Source of the DNA: Eledone cirrhosa
Lineage: Eukaryota
Reading direction: 5' to 3'
Length of the DNA: 64,000 nt
Assembly (NCBI GenBank): GCA_964016885.1
Contig: OZ024744.1
Location: 90,396,001-90,460,000 of the forward strand
Shown: positions 39,601 through 52,660 of the stretch, piece after piece
Position numbering within the stretch: the first letter of the stretch is position 1
Layout of the letters: each line of letters starts with the position of its first letter
The notes under the pieces: model-generated
What the model saw: the letters and a program-made list of their open reading frames with translations, nothing else
Told to the model about the DNA's origin: nothing
Databases searched by the model: none
Made by a program: the position numbers and the translations under genes

Positions 39601-42600
39601 TCCACCACCACCATCACCGTCATCATCATAATAATTGTTATTGTCACCATTACCGTTACCATGACGACGATCGCAACAGTAACGGGGGTGACCATGAGGA
39701 CGATGATGATGAAGACGACGATGATGGTGATGATGATGATGATGATGATGGTTAGGGTCATCATATGGGTGTTCGCATTCACCACCCCCTCCCACTCCCA
39801 CGTCAATGCTGTTATTGTCATCAGTTTGATGATGACTGTGATGCCCATTTTCGTGATGGCAGTTTCCCTGGTGAGGATGATGATGATGATGATGATGATG
39901 ACGATGATGGTAGTGATGATGATTATAGTGGCTGTGGTGCTGACGACAACCACTATCATTCTGTCCTAGCTGATGTCGATGGTGGTGATGATGATGTTGA
40001 TGTTGCAGTGGTTGTTGTTGTTGTTGTTGCTCTTGAAAACTGCTATCATCAACAGCACCAACACTAACATCATTGGGGGATGCTAGCCAGCCAGGACGCA
40101 GGAAGGATTCATCAAGGGCGTCAACGATTAGGAGGAGGCTGTGTGGGGGTGGCGACACAAGTGTGGAAAGTGGCAACAGCACAAGACGACGAAATGCCTC
40201 AACGGCATTGCTCTCGATCATCTCTGCTTGAAGGTAGGCAGCCGTTGGCAATGTGTGGTGGTCATTGTCACTGCTACTGATACTGGTCATGTTGTTAGTA
40301 CAACCTGTTGAGCAACTGCCACCACAGCAACCCCAACAAGCTATACTGCTCCTTTTTCTAATATTTTCCCTCCTTGGGGTTGACACTGTGTCGTTTTCCA
40401 CCTCCTTGTTATCTCTCTTCTCCTTGATTAACTCTGTTTTCTCTTCAAAAACCATTAACGGTGCAGCAGTCACTGCCAAGTCGTCAGAATTGGAAGCAGA
40501 TGCTCTAGCAACAGCTGCGGTAATTGAGTTTCGAACTTCCTCATCATCTTTGAGATAGTGATAGCTATTGTTATCTTCTTCTAGGCTTGAAGGCACTTGT
40601 TCTCCAGCTTTCTTTTTCTTTTCCTGTTCTTTGTCCTTTCCTTGCTGCAGCTTGTCCCTTTTTTCATTTACTTCCTTCTTTACCTGCACCTTATCCTTCT
40701 TTATTTTTTTCTTCTCCTCATGATCCATTTCTTTCTTCGCCTGTAACTTATCCCTCTTCTCTTTATGCTCTTTCTCCTTCTCCAAAGCCTTTGTAACTTG
40801 CACTTTGTATCTTTTCTCAGTCTCTTTCCTTTTCTCATCTTGTGCCTTGATCCTCTTTCCTAACATCTCTTTTGCTGACAATGCTAACCCTTCCCCAGAT
40901 GATGTCTGTGTTAGTGGTACTGAAACATCTTTTGTCTGAACATGATCGCCGCCAGCATTAGTTAACCCTTTCAAGTTCTTACTACTACTACTACCACCCA
41001 ACCTCTCTTTCTTGTTCTCGTTACAAATCTCACTCTCACCAGGCACCCATTGGCTGTTGTTTTGACCATGTCCGCTCTTCCGTGTTACGCACAAACCAAG
41101 AGCAGCAAAATCGCTAGCTCTAGATGCATCCTCAAACCCTACTTTCACATCAACCCCTACTCCGGTGTCTTGATCATCATAATCATGTCTATTTTCCAAA
41201 ACAAAATAATCCCTTGTTCCAAATAACAACTCATCATCATCATCATCTATTTCTTCTTTGTTGTTTGCTCCTTGTTGTCTTTGCTCATGTTCTTCACTCT
41301 TTCCACATTGTTTTACTGGCGGCATTGTTTCCACTGCTTCACCTCTACTTCTTGCTGCCGGCATGGTGACTGCTTCTTCATTACCATAGTCACCATCTCT
41401 GTCGTTGTCGTCGCCGTGGTAACAACGGCGAACGGCGATATTTTGATCGTCGTGTTGTTTTTCTGCTTCTTCTTCTTCTTCTTCTTCGTTTTCTTCGTTT
41501 TCTTCGTTTTCTTCTTCTTCCTCCTCCTCCGCCCCGCGATAATCGTCATCGTTCACATTATGGCCGCAATAATAATAATATTCAGCATCGTTATTACTGT
41601 TGTTGTCTTTGTCTTCGTCATTATCATTATCATCATCATCATCATCGTCATCGTCATTGTCATCTCTGTTGCTACAGCAACAAAATCCACAACCAGCACT
41701 ATAACAATTATAACTACTACTACAACTACCAACACCGCCGCCACCACCGCCGCCGCCACCACTGTAACCAACGCCGTCTCCACCTCTACCACAGCAAGAA
41801 CATGCCATCTTGTCGTCAAGTTCTTCCATGGCATGTTCGAGAAATTCAGCGTAACCCTCAACTAGATTAGATCTCCTGAGCTGCTCAACTATGCTCAACA
41901 CAAAGCCAGATAGAGACAAGGTGCGTGCATCGTGCGCTTGACAGAAGTGGTAGGCGAGCACGCGCCTGTTTAAGGTGTGCTGTCGCTTTGTTTTGCCCTC
42001 CTCAGGTGGAGCCACTGTCCCTGCCACTAGCGGAGGCGGTGCGACTGCGGAGCCAGCCAAAGTGGTGCGAACTGTTGTTGTTGTTGTTGTTGTCGTCGTC
42101 GTCGGTGGCACTGGTGGTGCCAGTGCCACCGACGTAGCAGCGGTCGTGCTGACAACAGGTTCATGCTGCCACACGTTTGGCGGCGGGAGAGGCGAGGAAA
42201 CAGTAGAGGGCGCCTCTTGCTGTACCGGCGGGGGCAGCGGTGCTCGTGATGGTGGCGGCGGTGACCTCTGTAGTGAGCTTGGGTTAGTTGTATCGTCATC
42301 ATCGTCTTCATCGTCGTTATTGTTGTTGTTGTTGTTATTGTTGTTATTGTTATTGTTGTTGTTGTTGTTGTTATCATTGTTGCTGTTGTTGGTCGTGGTG
42401 GTGGTGTTGTTATAGCAACGCCAGCGCCGACAGCAGCAGCAACGCGAAGGCACACATGACCTGTGAGGGCGAGGATGAGCGTGAGTGTGAGGCTGAGGTT
42501 GAACAGGAGTCTGGGGTTGAGTATGGATGTGAGTTTGAGCGTGATGAGGGTGACTGTAAGGTTGAGTGTGATTGTGACTTGTATTATTCCCTGTGGTGGG

Positions 42601-44214
42601 TTCAGAGGTAGCAACAGACGTTGCCCTGGGGCTGGCGTTTGGGGTGGGCCTCGGATCATCAGCTGGAGATGTGGTATTCATGATGAGACCTTCATTATTT
42701 CTTGCTGATGTTGTGGCATTCATACTGAGCTCATCATTGTTATTTGTTGGTATTGTAGTGTTCATACTGAGGTTATTGTTTTTTGGTGATGTTGTGGCAT
42801 TCATGCCAGGTTCATCATCATTGTTGTTTGCTGCTGTGGAATTGATGCAAAGGTTAATGTTTTTAGGGAATGTTGTCGTCTTCATGCTTGAGTCATCATT
42901 GTTGTTTGGTGATGTTGCGGCGTTCATGCTGACATCATCATTGCTCTTTGGTGATGTTGTGTGCTTTATGTTTTGATCGTAGTTGTTGTTTGTTGATTTT
43001 GTGGTGTTCATGCTGAGATCATCATCACCGCTTGTTGTCTTTGTAACTGCATCTGCTGAAACACAGACAAAGGTAGGGACACAACTGGTATTGAAACCAC
43101 GTCCTCCTCCTCCTCCACCACCACCACCACCTCCATCTCTTCTTCCTTCACCTCCTCCTCCTCCTTCTCGTTGTTGTTGCCGTCGTCCTTGCCCTTCTTC
43201 CGATCCCCTTCCACTAATACCACCTGCTAGATTTGAAACCGCAATCCGGTTTCCATCTCTGTCTCTATCAACACCGGATCCACTACTAACATCACCAGAT
43301 CCACCATTAACATCGACAACACTACTACCAACAGCTGGACTTGAAACTGGGATCCGAGAGCCAGTATCTCTATTTCTACCAGATCCAATTCCGCTATCAC
43401 CATCAATGGAGTTGAATCGGTTCCCAGGGCCATGCGTGACACCTCCGCCAACAACTGGATTAAAAACTTTATTTCTTGTGGATCCGATACCACTGTCTCC
43501 ATCATTGGAGCTGAATCCAGGACGATAAATGACATTACCAACACCACCAACACCGACAGCTGAATTTGAAAGCGTAACCTGAGTGTCTCTGTCTCTACAT
43601 CTACTGTTTCCAATACCACTATCTCCATCATTGGAACCAAATCTAGCACCGGATCCACCTGCAACACTAACAACACCAGATCCTGTCCCAGAAACAGCAC
43701 TGCTGCCTAGAGCTGGGTTTGAAGCTGCAGCCCGTCCATCGCCGTCTCTATCCCTGTCTCGAGTGGACCCAATACCACTATCTCCATCGTTGGAGCCAAA
43801 TCCAGCTCCAGATCTAATTCCAGAACCATAACCAATACCACCAATACCAACATTGCTCACAGCAGGATTTGAAACCATGATCCAGCCATCTCGGTCTCTG
43901 CCACTGTCACTGTTTGAACCTGTGGATGCAGCAGTAACACCAGCTGGCCACACTAGTTCACAGAGCAGTGCAGACTTCCCACATCCGGCTCCACCAGTGA
44001 CTAGCACACCACCTCCTGGGGCTGTTGACGCTGCTGTCACCAGTGCATGTTCCCCTCCAGAACGGGGTCTGGCTTCGATTTCATTGCTACCACGAGCAAC
44101 CACCACCGACGATGAAGATACTGCCCCCTCGTGTCGTTCAAGTGAACTGAGGATTTTTGCATAGGCCCATTCACGCCCGTAGAAGCGCTTGCCTTGGAGA
44201 AGGCTGTGAGACAT
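33697..44214 (-). CDS. ANKRD50: ANKRD50-like protein, first coding exon (3,506 codons): STAND/NACHT-like NTPase region split by giant low-complexity inserts
   Basis: Colinear blocks match recalled ANKRD50: SLLQGKRFYGREW; Walker A GVLVTGGAGCGKSALLCELVWP; LAYHFCQAHD; EAFRRLVLLPL..LLIVDALDE (Walker B); FFPDWLFLLCSAR; LDDLRRSHVVRDVQRYILCRLD; LNQLHIKSNGCMLYLE; TLNGLYLWLCQR; FHHSFAEWLLDVKHCT. Donor GGA AAG|gtaggc at 33697/33696, phase 0. Confidence 0.9.
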
Positions 44215-44238
44215 GCTCGTCGTAGGTGTGTGTATCTA

Positions 44239-44273
<35 letters not shown>

Positions 44274-44947
44274 TGAGAGAGAGAGAGGGAGAGAGAGAGA
44301 GAAAGAAAGTGTCTGTGTATGTGTGTGTGTGTGTGTGGTAATGTATGTGTATATACAATGTATATATGTGTATGTTGTTAGAGAAGTGTATATATGTTTT
44401 AAAAGAAAGAAAGTTCTCCTCTAAAAAAAGTATAACTTGGGTCAATACTCAGATACTGTTTTGGGAGAAATATCATATTCTAAAAAAAAAAAAAGGATTT
44501 CCTTTAGATAAGAAGGATAACTGTAGTTAGAATAGGTTTTCAAGGAAATTTGTACTTTCACTTCACTTGCTCTCATGTGAAGTTGGTCATACACACTCAA
44601 AATGGCATAACTATGTGCCAAAATACACATTCGGGAGAAAAACAGGATTACATATCTAAATAAGCCTACATAAAATACAAGTTGACCCCATTAAAATAAA
44701 TAGGTTAAATATGGGTCTGTATTTAAAAGGATATGTGAGTGTGTGTATCTTTGTGTGCATGTGTGTGTGTCTGTGTGGGTGTGCATATGAGTGTGTATAT
44801 ATGTGTTTGTTTATATGTGTGTATTTGTGTATATATATATGTGCATAGAAAGGGCTGGCTGTGTATTTTACAGTAAGGATGGGTAAAATGTTTGTGAAAA
44901 GTCGTGGGAGCTCAGTCTTGTCTTGTCCGAGAATTCAGATAGATCAC
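44215..44947 (-). other. Putative 5' UTR portion of the giant exon
   Basis: Strong acceptor ttttttttctctgtctttacacag|GTG at 44948/44947 upstream of the ATG at 44214; no transcript evidence available. Confidence 0.4.
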
Positions 44948-44994
44948 CTGTGTAAAGACAGAGAAAAAAAAGAACATGTATATGTATGTATATG

Positions 44995-45039
<45 letters not shown>

Positions 45040-46350
45040 GGAATATTCAAGCATTACTTTTTGTCAATAAATGAACCATATACTCTATGTATAATTATGT
45101 GGTTTATATAAACTGAATCCTTTTCTTGTGATTTTAGTTTCATGCTATAGCAATCATCAGGTGATAACTGCTATTTGCTATTTTCAATATATTTTTTTCT
45201 TTTATATTCATTGATGTGAACCTGATCTTTAGCTTATGATTCTTGACTCTATAGGTTAGTTACTAGTGTTATGTCTTCATCATGGTGTTTATTGTCTGTG
45301 ACTGCAGTTTCTAATTATTTTGCTACATTTTTTCACTTATATGTTTATATTTTAGTCACATATGTTTTATTTTTGTTTATTTTAGTAAATTTATTTGTAA
45401 AATCCATCTTATTTTTAAGAAAGTTTTTCATTGTTTGAATATGAATGTTGACATTGTATATAATTTTTGCTGAAAACACAGCCCACAAAATCTTTTTATA
45501 GTCTGTGTTTTCAGCAGTAGTCTCATTAAGGATACAGCCTGTTTTTTGTTTGTTTGTTTTTTCTATTATTTTATAGTTTAATGGTTTTATGGATTTTCTA
45601 TGTATATATAAATGCGGCTGAATTAATTGTTTTTAATTTGATTCCAGTCAGCATTTATGTGTCTATGAGCTCTTTTGGAGTACAGGGTACTCTGTTTTGT
45701 TGGCATTAACATTCCCTGATGTTTCCACTGTGATTACTATTGTTGCTGTATCTTTAGTTGTCTTACATTATATGTAACTTTGCCTTTCATCCTTATGGGG
45801 TTGATAAAATAAAGTACCAGTAATACATCGGGTAATTGCTGGCCTTGTGCCAAAAGTAGAAGCAATTATTTGTAATTTGGAGTATTTTATGAAAATGCAT
45901 TTATTTTAGTGTCTGCAGCATGACATAATCTCATTTCTCTTGTTTAGCAAGTGTATGTATGCTTTATGAAATGGTGTGATATTTTTCCGAAATGCATAGT
46001 AGACATGACTAAGAACCATTTACATAAGAAGGGTGCGCAGAATATTATTTCCCTTTTTATATTTGTGTAAAGACTACCACTAAAACATAAACTAGATGAC
46101 CAAAAATATGCATGTCAATATTCATATTCATATTATAATCTGGCCAACAATAAAAACATTTCCCCAAATAACTCATAAAGGGTTATTGACAAATAAGTTT
46201 ATAAAAATAAAAACAAAACAACAAAGTAAAAAGAAAATGGAAACATTAGCAAACAATAAAACCTGAAAAAAAGCATCCTTACCTGATTAAAAAAAAAAAA
46301 AAATTAAACAAAATAACAAATAAAATAAACAGCCACAGACAACACCTTAA

Positions 46351-46764
46351 CCCTTTAATGTTCAAACCGGCCAGAATTCTCTACCTCTTTCTGTTAAAAC
46401 TGGCTGTAACTGGTCACTCATACGGATGTTAAGGTATTGTTCTCAAAATAAATACTTTCAAAATCTCATAGATTTGATATTCTGTGAGATAATTATGTGA
46501 GGTAAAGCCTTTACCATGAAAATATAATAGTATATATAGAGTAATGTAAATGCTAAAGGGTTAACCCTTTAGCATTCACATTACTTTATATGTATTTTCA
46601 TGGTAAAGGTTTTATCTAACATAATATCGAATCTATGAGATTTTAATATTATTTATTTTGAGAACAGTACCTTGACATCAGTATGAGTGGCCAGTTACAG
46701 CTGATTTGAACAGAAAGAAGTGAGAGAATTCTGGCCAGACATGGCCGGTTTAAATGCTAAAGGG
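46351..46764. mobile_element. Two family-A piggyBac MITEs in inverted orientation sharing a central TTAA (46561-46564)
   Basis: TTAA at 46347, 46561 and 46765, each adjoining CCCTTT/AAAGGG termini. Confidence 0.82.
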
Positions 46765-47619
46765 TTAAAACAAAACAGAAAGAACACCAGTGACAAACCA
46801 ACAGAATCAAGAATCAAATCAAAAGATCAGTTCCACATGAACTGATATAGTAGGGAACAGTAGTTCCCACTTGAAGATTGTGGTGACATGAAACTAGAGT
46901 TGGGAGAAAGGAATTACATTAAAATAAACTACACATACACACATTAACATATACATATTCCGCATGCATACACATACATATGTACATACATACACATGTA
47001 TATACATACATACTTATGTACATACATAATACTTAAAGCCAAAATCAGTTCTGTATGAGCAAGACATGGTCACCTGACCTAATATTGCCCACAACAGGAC
47101 AACTCGTCTAACCCATGCCAGCGTGGAAAAATGGATGTAAAATGATGATGATGCTACATAAACGCTATATCAAAGCTGACTGTGTCCACCTTTGAAGCTT
47201 TTTTTAAAAATTAAATATTTTTCATATTTCCTTTTTATTATTATTTCTTTATGTTGACTTTCGAATAATAACATTTCTAACATTTCTAAGTCCAGTAAAA
47301 TTTTGAGAACTTTCAGGCTTCATCTTCTGAATGAAAAGCAGATAGTAGTGTTGTTGGCATGTTTAGTAACAAGGGATTATTATCATAAGCTAAATAAAAC
47401 CAAGGATAAATAAAAGTCTGAATGGTTACAGTAGTGACCACACACATGCATTTTGCAGACACACAGGCCAGTTAGGGAAGAATACTTCAATCACTTGTTT
47501 TGCTTTGTTTTGAACTGTTTCAGCTTTGCATATGAAAAGAGGGTATTAGCCCTGAAATATGCTAAAATACACAGTGTAAAACATTACTTTGTCTTGTTTT
47601 ATTTTATTTATCATCATTT

Positions 47620-47880
47620 GCCCAGGTAGAGCCGCTACTTCTCTGATATTATGAACATGTGGTTAGAATGTCTCAAGAAAGAATCACTGGATAGATTTTA
47701 CAGGCAAAGCAGGAGAGCCAGGGGAAGACCCCCGAGCAAGATGATTGGATATCATCCATGAGCTTGTCTGGTCTTGCTTCGGAATCCAGCCAGATCAGAT
47801 GGAGATGGTTGCTTCTGACAGGACCTGCTGGAATTAGTATTTGAGGACTCTGCCTCCACAACCCTCCCAGGATTAAGTGG
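47620..47880 (+). mobile_element. Rex3/Expander-type RTE 3' fragment
   Basis: Broken frames VEPLLL..HVVRMSQER..RARGRPRAR..ELVWSCFGIQP..LRTLPPQP. Confidence 0.7.
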
Positions 47881-49936
47881 GCAAAGAAGATCATTTGCTC
47901 TTCATATTTTTCCATTGCTTTGTACCGGTTTTTTGAAAATTATTGGTCTTTTACTAAATATCTCACAATGCTTTGTATTAACTATACTACTCTATTATCA
48001 TAGTTATAATTTCTATTACAAAAACACCAGCATTAGAAATGATCCTCATTAACATGAAATCTCAAACCACAGAATGTACAGCACCCAACAAATGTAATAT
48101 AAAAATTTCAAATTGTTACATTAGTCACATAAGTTATGATCCTTTCTTGTAGGTTGACCATGTATTTACAACAAGGAGCCATTGCTGAGAGTGTCAGACA
48201 CCCTGCTTCGTAGAAGCGAGTTACAGCTTTTTATGTTCTGAGTTCAAATCCCACCAAGCTTAACTTTGCCTTTCATCCTTACGGGGTCAATAAAATGAAG
48301 CACCAATAAGTACTGGGGTCGATTTAATTGACTTTCCCCTCCCCTTCAAATTGCTGGCTTTGTTCCTAAAGTAGAATTAATTATAATATAGGAAATGCAA
48401 CTAAACTCACGAGAGAAAAAAAAACATAGTTGATAAAACTACCACCCTATATAAAATTCCACTAAAAGTAGATTAACTATGAATGCTTTATTCATAGCTA
48501 AAAACAAACCAAAAATCAACACACGATTTCAACAAACTATGAAGGTAACCTGGAGTTAACTGTTAAAGAATTTTAAGTCTGGCAATGAACATGTTACTTG
48601 TTACATCAGCTCCATGATCCCTTGTTGCTTAGTACAAAAGGCAACAACAACACACCACTGTCATCATTTCATTCAGAAGAAGAGGTCTAGAATATCATGA
48701 AATATTCACAAATTTAGGGATGTTATTGTTCCAAACTAAACATAAAGCAATGATTAATCAGAAAATATTTAAAAAACGGGTTTAGTGCTTGTAGTATCTT
48801 TACTACTGTACAGATTGTTGTGAAAATTTGGACTATTAGAGTAAGACTTTAATTACTAATGTGATACAATCATACTGGTGTTTTGTACTTTTCATGAACA
48901 TCCTCCTAATGTGGTTTTATGTGGTTTGTTAATTCAAATGTTTACAGGTGGACAGATCGTTGTGAAAATTTGCAGTAAACTAAAGACTTTAATTTTTAAT
49001 GTGATGCCATCATAATATGTTTTTTTGGGTTTTTTTTTTTAAGAATGTCTTGCTAATGTAGTTTGATGTGGTACAGGAGGTTCAGAGTTAAGGAAATTGG
49101 TGGATTGGCAGTATCGGTAGACGGTCAGACTACATGCTTTGCAGCATAGAGTTACGGCCCTTTATGATCTAAGTTGAAATCCCGCCGAAGTTAACTTTAG
49201 CTTTCATCCTTATGGGGTCGATAAAATAAAGTACCAGTCATGCACTGGGGTCGATTTAATTGACTTTCCCCTCCCCCAAAAATTGCTGGCTTTGTGCCTA
49301 TATAAAAAAAAAGGATCGATTGACTTTCATCAAATCGGACCGAGGAAACAATGTTTCCATTGGTCTTTCCAATTGCTAATACTATCTATCGGTCGCAACT
49401 CCTGGTAGAACGAGCAACATGAAGTAAAGTGTCTTGCTCAAGGACATAACGCATAGCCCGGTCCAGGAATCAAACTCACAACTTCAAGATTATGAATCCA
49501 ATTCTCTAACTACTCAGCCACATGCCTTCACTGTGCCTATATAAAAAAACCCATTATTACAGCCCTTTATGGTCTGAGTTCAAATCCCACCGAGGTTAAC
49601 TTTGCCTTTCATCCTTACAGGGTCGATAAAATAAAGTACCAGTAATACACTGGGATAATTTCTGGCCTTCTGCCAAAAGTAGAAACAATTAGAGTGTCAG
49701 ACACCATGCTTCACGGCATAGTTATGTCCCTTTAAGTTCTGAGTCCAAATCCCACTGAAATTAGATTTGCCTTTCATCCTTACGGGGTTGATAAAATAAA
49801 GCACCAGCAATGCACTGGGGTTGATTTAATCAATGTTCCCTTCCTGCCAAAAATATTGTTGGCCTTGTGCTTAAATCAGAAACCATTATTATTATTATTA
49901 CCAATGTTTAACAATCATTAAATTTGATTACAGTCA

Positions 49937-50124
49937 AGGGTGGTGGATTGGCAGTATCGGTAGAGGGTCGGACGCCATGCTTTGACGCATAGAGTTACGG
50001 CCCTTGCCATTCTGAGTTCAAATCCCGCCAAGGTTAACTTTGCCTTTCATCCTTACGGGGTCGATAAAATAAAGTACCAGTAATGCACTGGGTAATTGCT
50101 GGCCTTGTGCCTAACGTAGAAACA
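49937..50124 (+). mobile_element. tRNA-derived Nin/Deu-domain SINE with 20-bp TSD. Other copies at 10-165(-), 2525-2705, 9410-9625(-), 17660-17780, 20610-20822(-), 45775-45870, 48180-48385, 49095-49300, 49560-49690, 49690-49890, 51325-51520
   Basis: B box gagttcaaatcc; Nin-like tgcctttcatccttacggggtcgataaaataaagtaccag; TSD attaaatttgattacagtca at 49917-49936 and 50125-50144. Confidence 0.85.
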
Positions 50125-50458
50125 ATTAAATTTGATTACAGTCAGCTCCACAATGTAACATGCATAAATAAAAGCTGTTCCCTATTCATACAAATATTAA
50201 CATCATCATTGTCATACGTTTGCACATTGATTGGATGAAATCTGTTCCTATCAGATTTTGTATGGCCAAATGCCCTTCATGATAACAACCATTACCTTAT
50301 TCTAAACATGGTGTATGCTGCTGATGCCTGATGAACCACTATGCTGCTGGATATGTTGTCTATGGGTGACATAAACAACTGTTGTCACAAAAGTTTTTTT
50401 CTTTTTATAAGCAACAACATGTATAGATTTAATTTCATTTGCAACAACCAGCATAAAT

Positions 50459-50489
<31 letters not shown>

Positions 50490-50655
50490 CAGTCATCCCC
50501 GGTATTTGTGGGAATTACATTACTAGAGCACCCTCGAAGAGTGAAAAACCGCGAGTATTTGGACATGGTCCATAAAAATGCCTATAAATGTCAAAACGTA
50601 ATGTAAAATATAGGCCGGCAAATGGTGTATATTTTTATTAATAATTTAGCTTTAA

Positions 50656-51146
50656 CCCTTTAGCATTCACATTATTTTATATATACTTGTTTCCTTGAGC
50701 AAGACACTTTATTTCACATTGCTCCAGTTTACTCAGCTGTAAAAATGAGATGATAGGGACTGGGGTCCCTATCATTCCACTGTAAAGTGGTGTCATGGAG
50801 GTGCCACGGCAAAAAAGCACCCAGCACTCACTGTAAATGAGGTTGGTGTTAGGAAGGGCATCCAGCTGTAGAAATCAAGCCAGCATCAGTTCCCGTCCCA
50901 CCCTTGCAAGCAGGCAAAAAGCGGACGTAAAAATGAAATGATGATGATGATGATATTATTATATTTTAATGGTAAAGGCTTTACCTCGCATAATTATCTC
51001 ACATAATATTGAATCTATGAGATTCTGAAGGTATTTATTTTGAGAACAATACCTTAACATCAGTTTGAGTGACCAGTTACAGCCAGTTTCAACAGAAAGA
51101 GGTAGAAAATTCTGGCCGGTTTTGAGCCGGTTTGAACACTAAAGGG
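50656..51146. mobile_element. Family-A piggyBac MITE carrying a CORE-SINE insertion, itself inside a Tigger/pogo-like MITE starting at 50490
   Basis: TTAA|CCCTTTAGC ... TAAAGGG|TTAA; SINE at 50685-50955; outer TA|CAGTCATCCCCGGTATT terminus. Confidence 0.7.
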
Positions 51147-52660
51147 TTAAGAAGCGTGAAAAATTATATATTGCCATGAAAAAAGCCATAAAAAAAATCA
51201 TGGAAGATATTTACGATTCCTCGAATATGCGGTGGTTTCCATGAACAATTATTAGTTAGATTTGTAAGGAAAATTCCGCGAATTTCACATTAGTGTAATG
51301 CCACTAATTATTATAACATCATTAAGGGTGGTAGATTGGCAGTATCGTTAGAGCATCGGACATAGTTTACGTTCTGATTTCAAATCATACTGAGGTTAGC
51401 TTTGCCTTTCCTCCTTTTGGGGCCTTTGAAATAAAGTACCAGTAACACACTGGAGTCGATTTAATTGACTTTCCTCTTTCCCCAAATTGTTGGCCCTGTG
51501 CTTAAATCAGAAACCATTATATCATCATCATCACTATTTTATGTCCTTTTTCCACACTAGTATGATTAGATTGTCACATTCTGAAACCAGACAGGTCACA
51601 TGACCACATCTTGCTCAAGCTTCATTTTGATGCTCTTCCCATTGCCAATCACTTTACAGGATGTACTGGATGCATTTTATCATGACACCAGCACTACCAA
51701 CTTACTGATTGGACTGGGTGCATTTTTTTATATCACCAGCTCTATCCTTTACAAAGTGGACTGGGTGCATTTTATTGTGGCACCAAGTATATCCTTACTT
51801 TTGTCTATCTTTCTATCTCTTCTTCTCTCTTCTGATGAAGAACTAATGGTGGTAACATTAAGACTCTTTTCCTACTATATCAAGCATCAAACTAATATAT
51901 ATCTTTATTGTACTGTATTGTTTCCCTGTGTTGGTTTTCCTTGTTAACTTTTCCTATGAGGTAAATGGATGATGATGATGACAATATATATATATTTGTC
52001 TAATTATAGGATAACTAGCAGAAAAACGACCCCTCGGGTGGTTTTCTGCTAGTGTGTATTGTGTAGTGTGTATATTGATATTATACGCAAGTATATATAC
52101 ATGTAGATATGATACATCAAATAAAATCGTAATTGACAATATATAATACATAGAAATTGAACGAAGACCGTGTTACACTGTCTTATGTAATCAGTAACGT
52201 AATCCATGATACATTAAAAAAGACGATATTATATATAAACTGCATTAGGAGAAAATTAGTGACGGAAAATTAGTATGTTTATTTAAGCGATGGCCAACCG
52301 GAAGTGTTGACATTTCAGAAATTTTAAAGTGAATCTTTAAATAAACAAAATATAATCAACAGCCAAGAAATTTAGTAGATAAATTATGTAATATTCATTC
52401 ATTATTTATTCAAAGTAATCCAACTTATTTTACAAACGGGATAAAAAAAAAAACGTATGCAATCCCGCAAACCTTCCTTTATTATAGTTTAGATTTGGGG
52501 ATTACCTGCCCTTAGAATTTCCCATACCTTCTAAAATCTCCACGGATGGAAGCCATTTTTTTTTTTATTGAAGCAAACTGAATGAGTTAGGGGAAAAACA
52601 AATCAATGAAGTACCTGTATATGTCACAGTTGAAATTGACTATGTGTGTGTGTGTGTGTG

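Noticed and set aside
36925-43947. Inserts as inteins
   Set aside because: No Hint-domain motifs or consistent C/S...HN-C/S/T junctions; the inserts are low-complexity.
33852-44164. Many plus-strand and alternate-frame ORFs overlapping the ANKRD50 exons
   Set aside because: Antisense shadows of triplet-repeat coding sequence with no independent motifs.
45135-45167. Hammerhead half-motif CTGATGA ttgc tata gcat GAAA on the minus strand
   Set aside because: No convincing 3' strand for stem I; counted only as a remnant.
51826-51870. CTGATGAAG hammerhead-like start
   Set aside because: The GAAA core and stem II are missing; at most a dead remnant.
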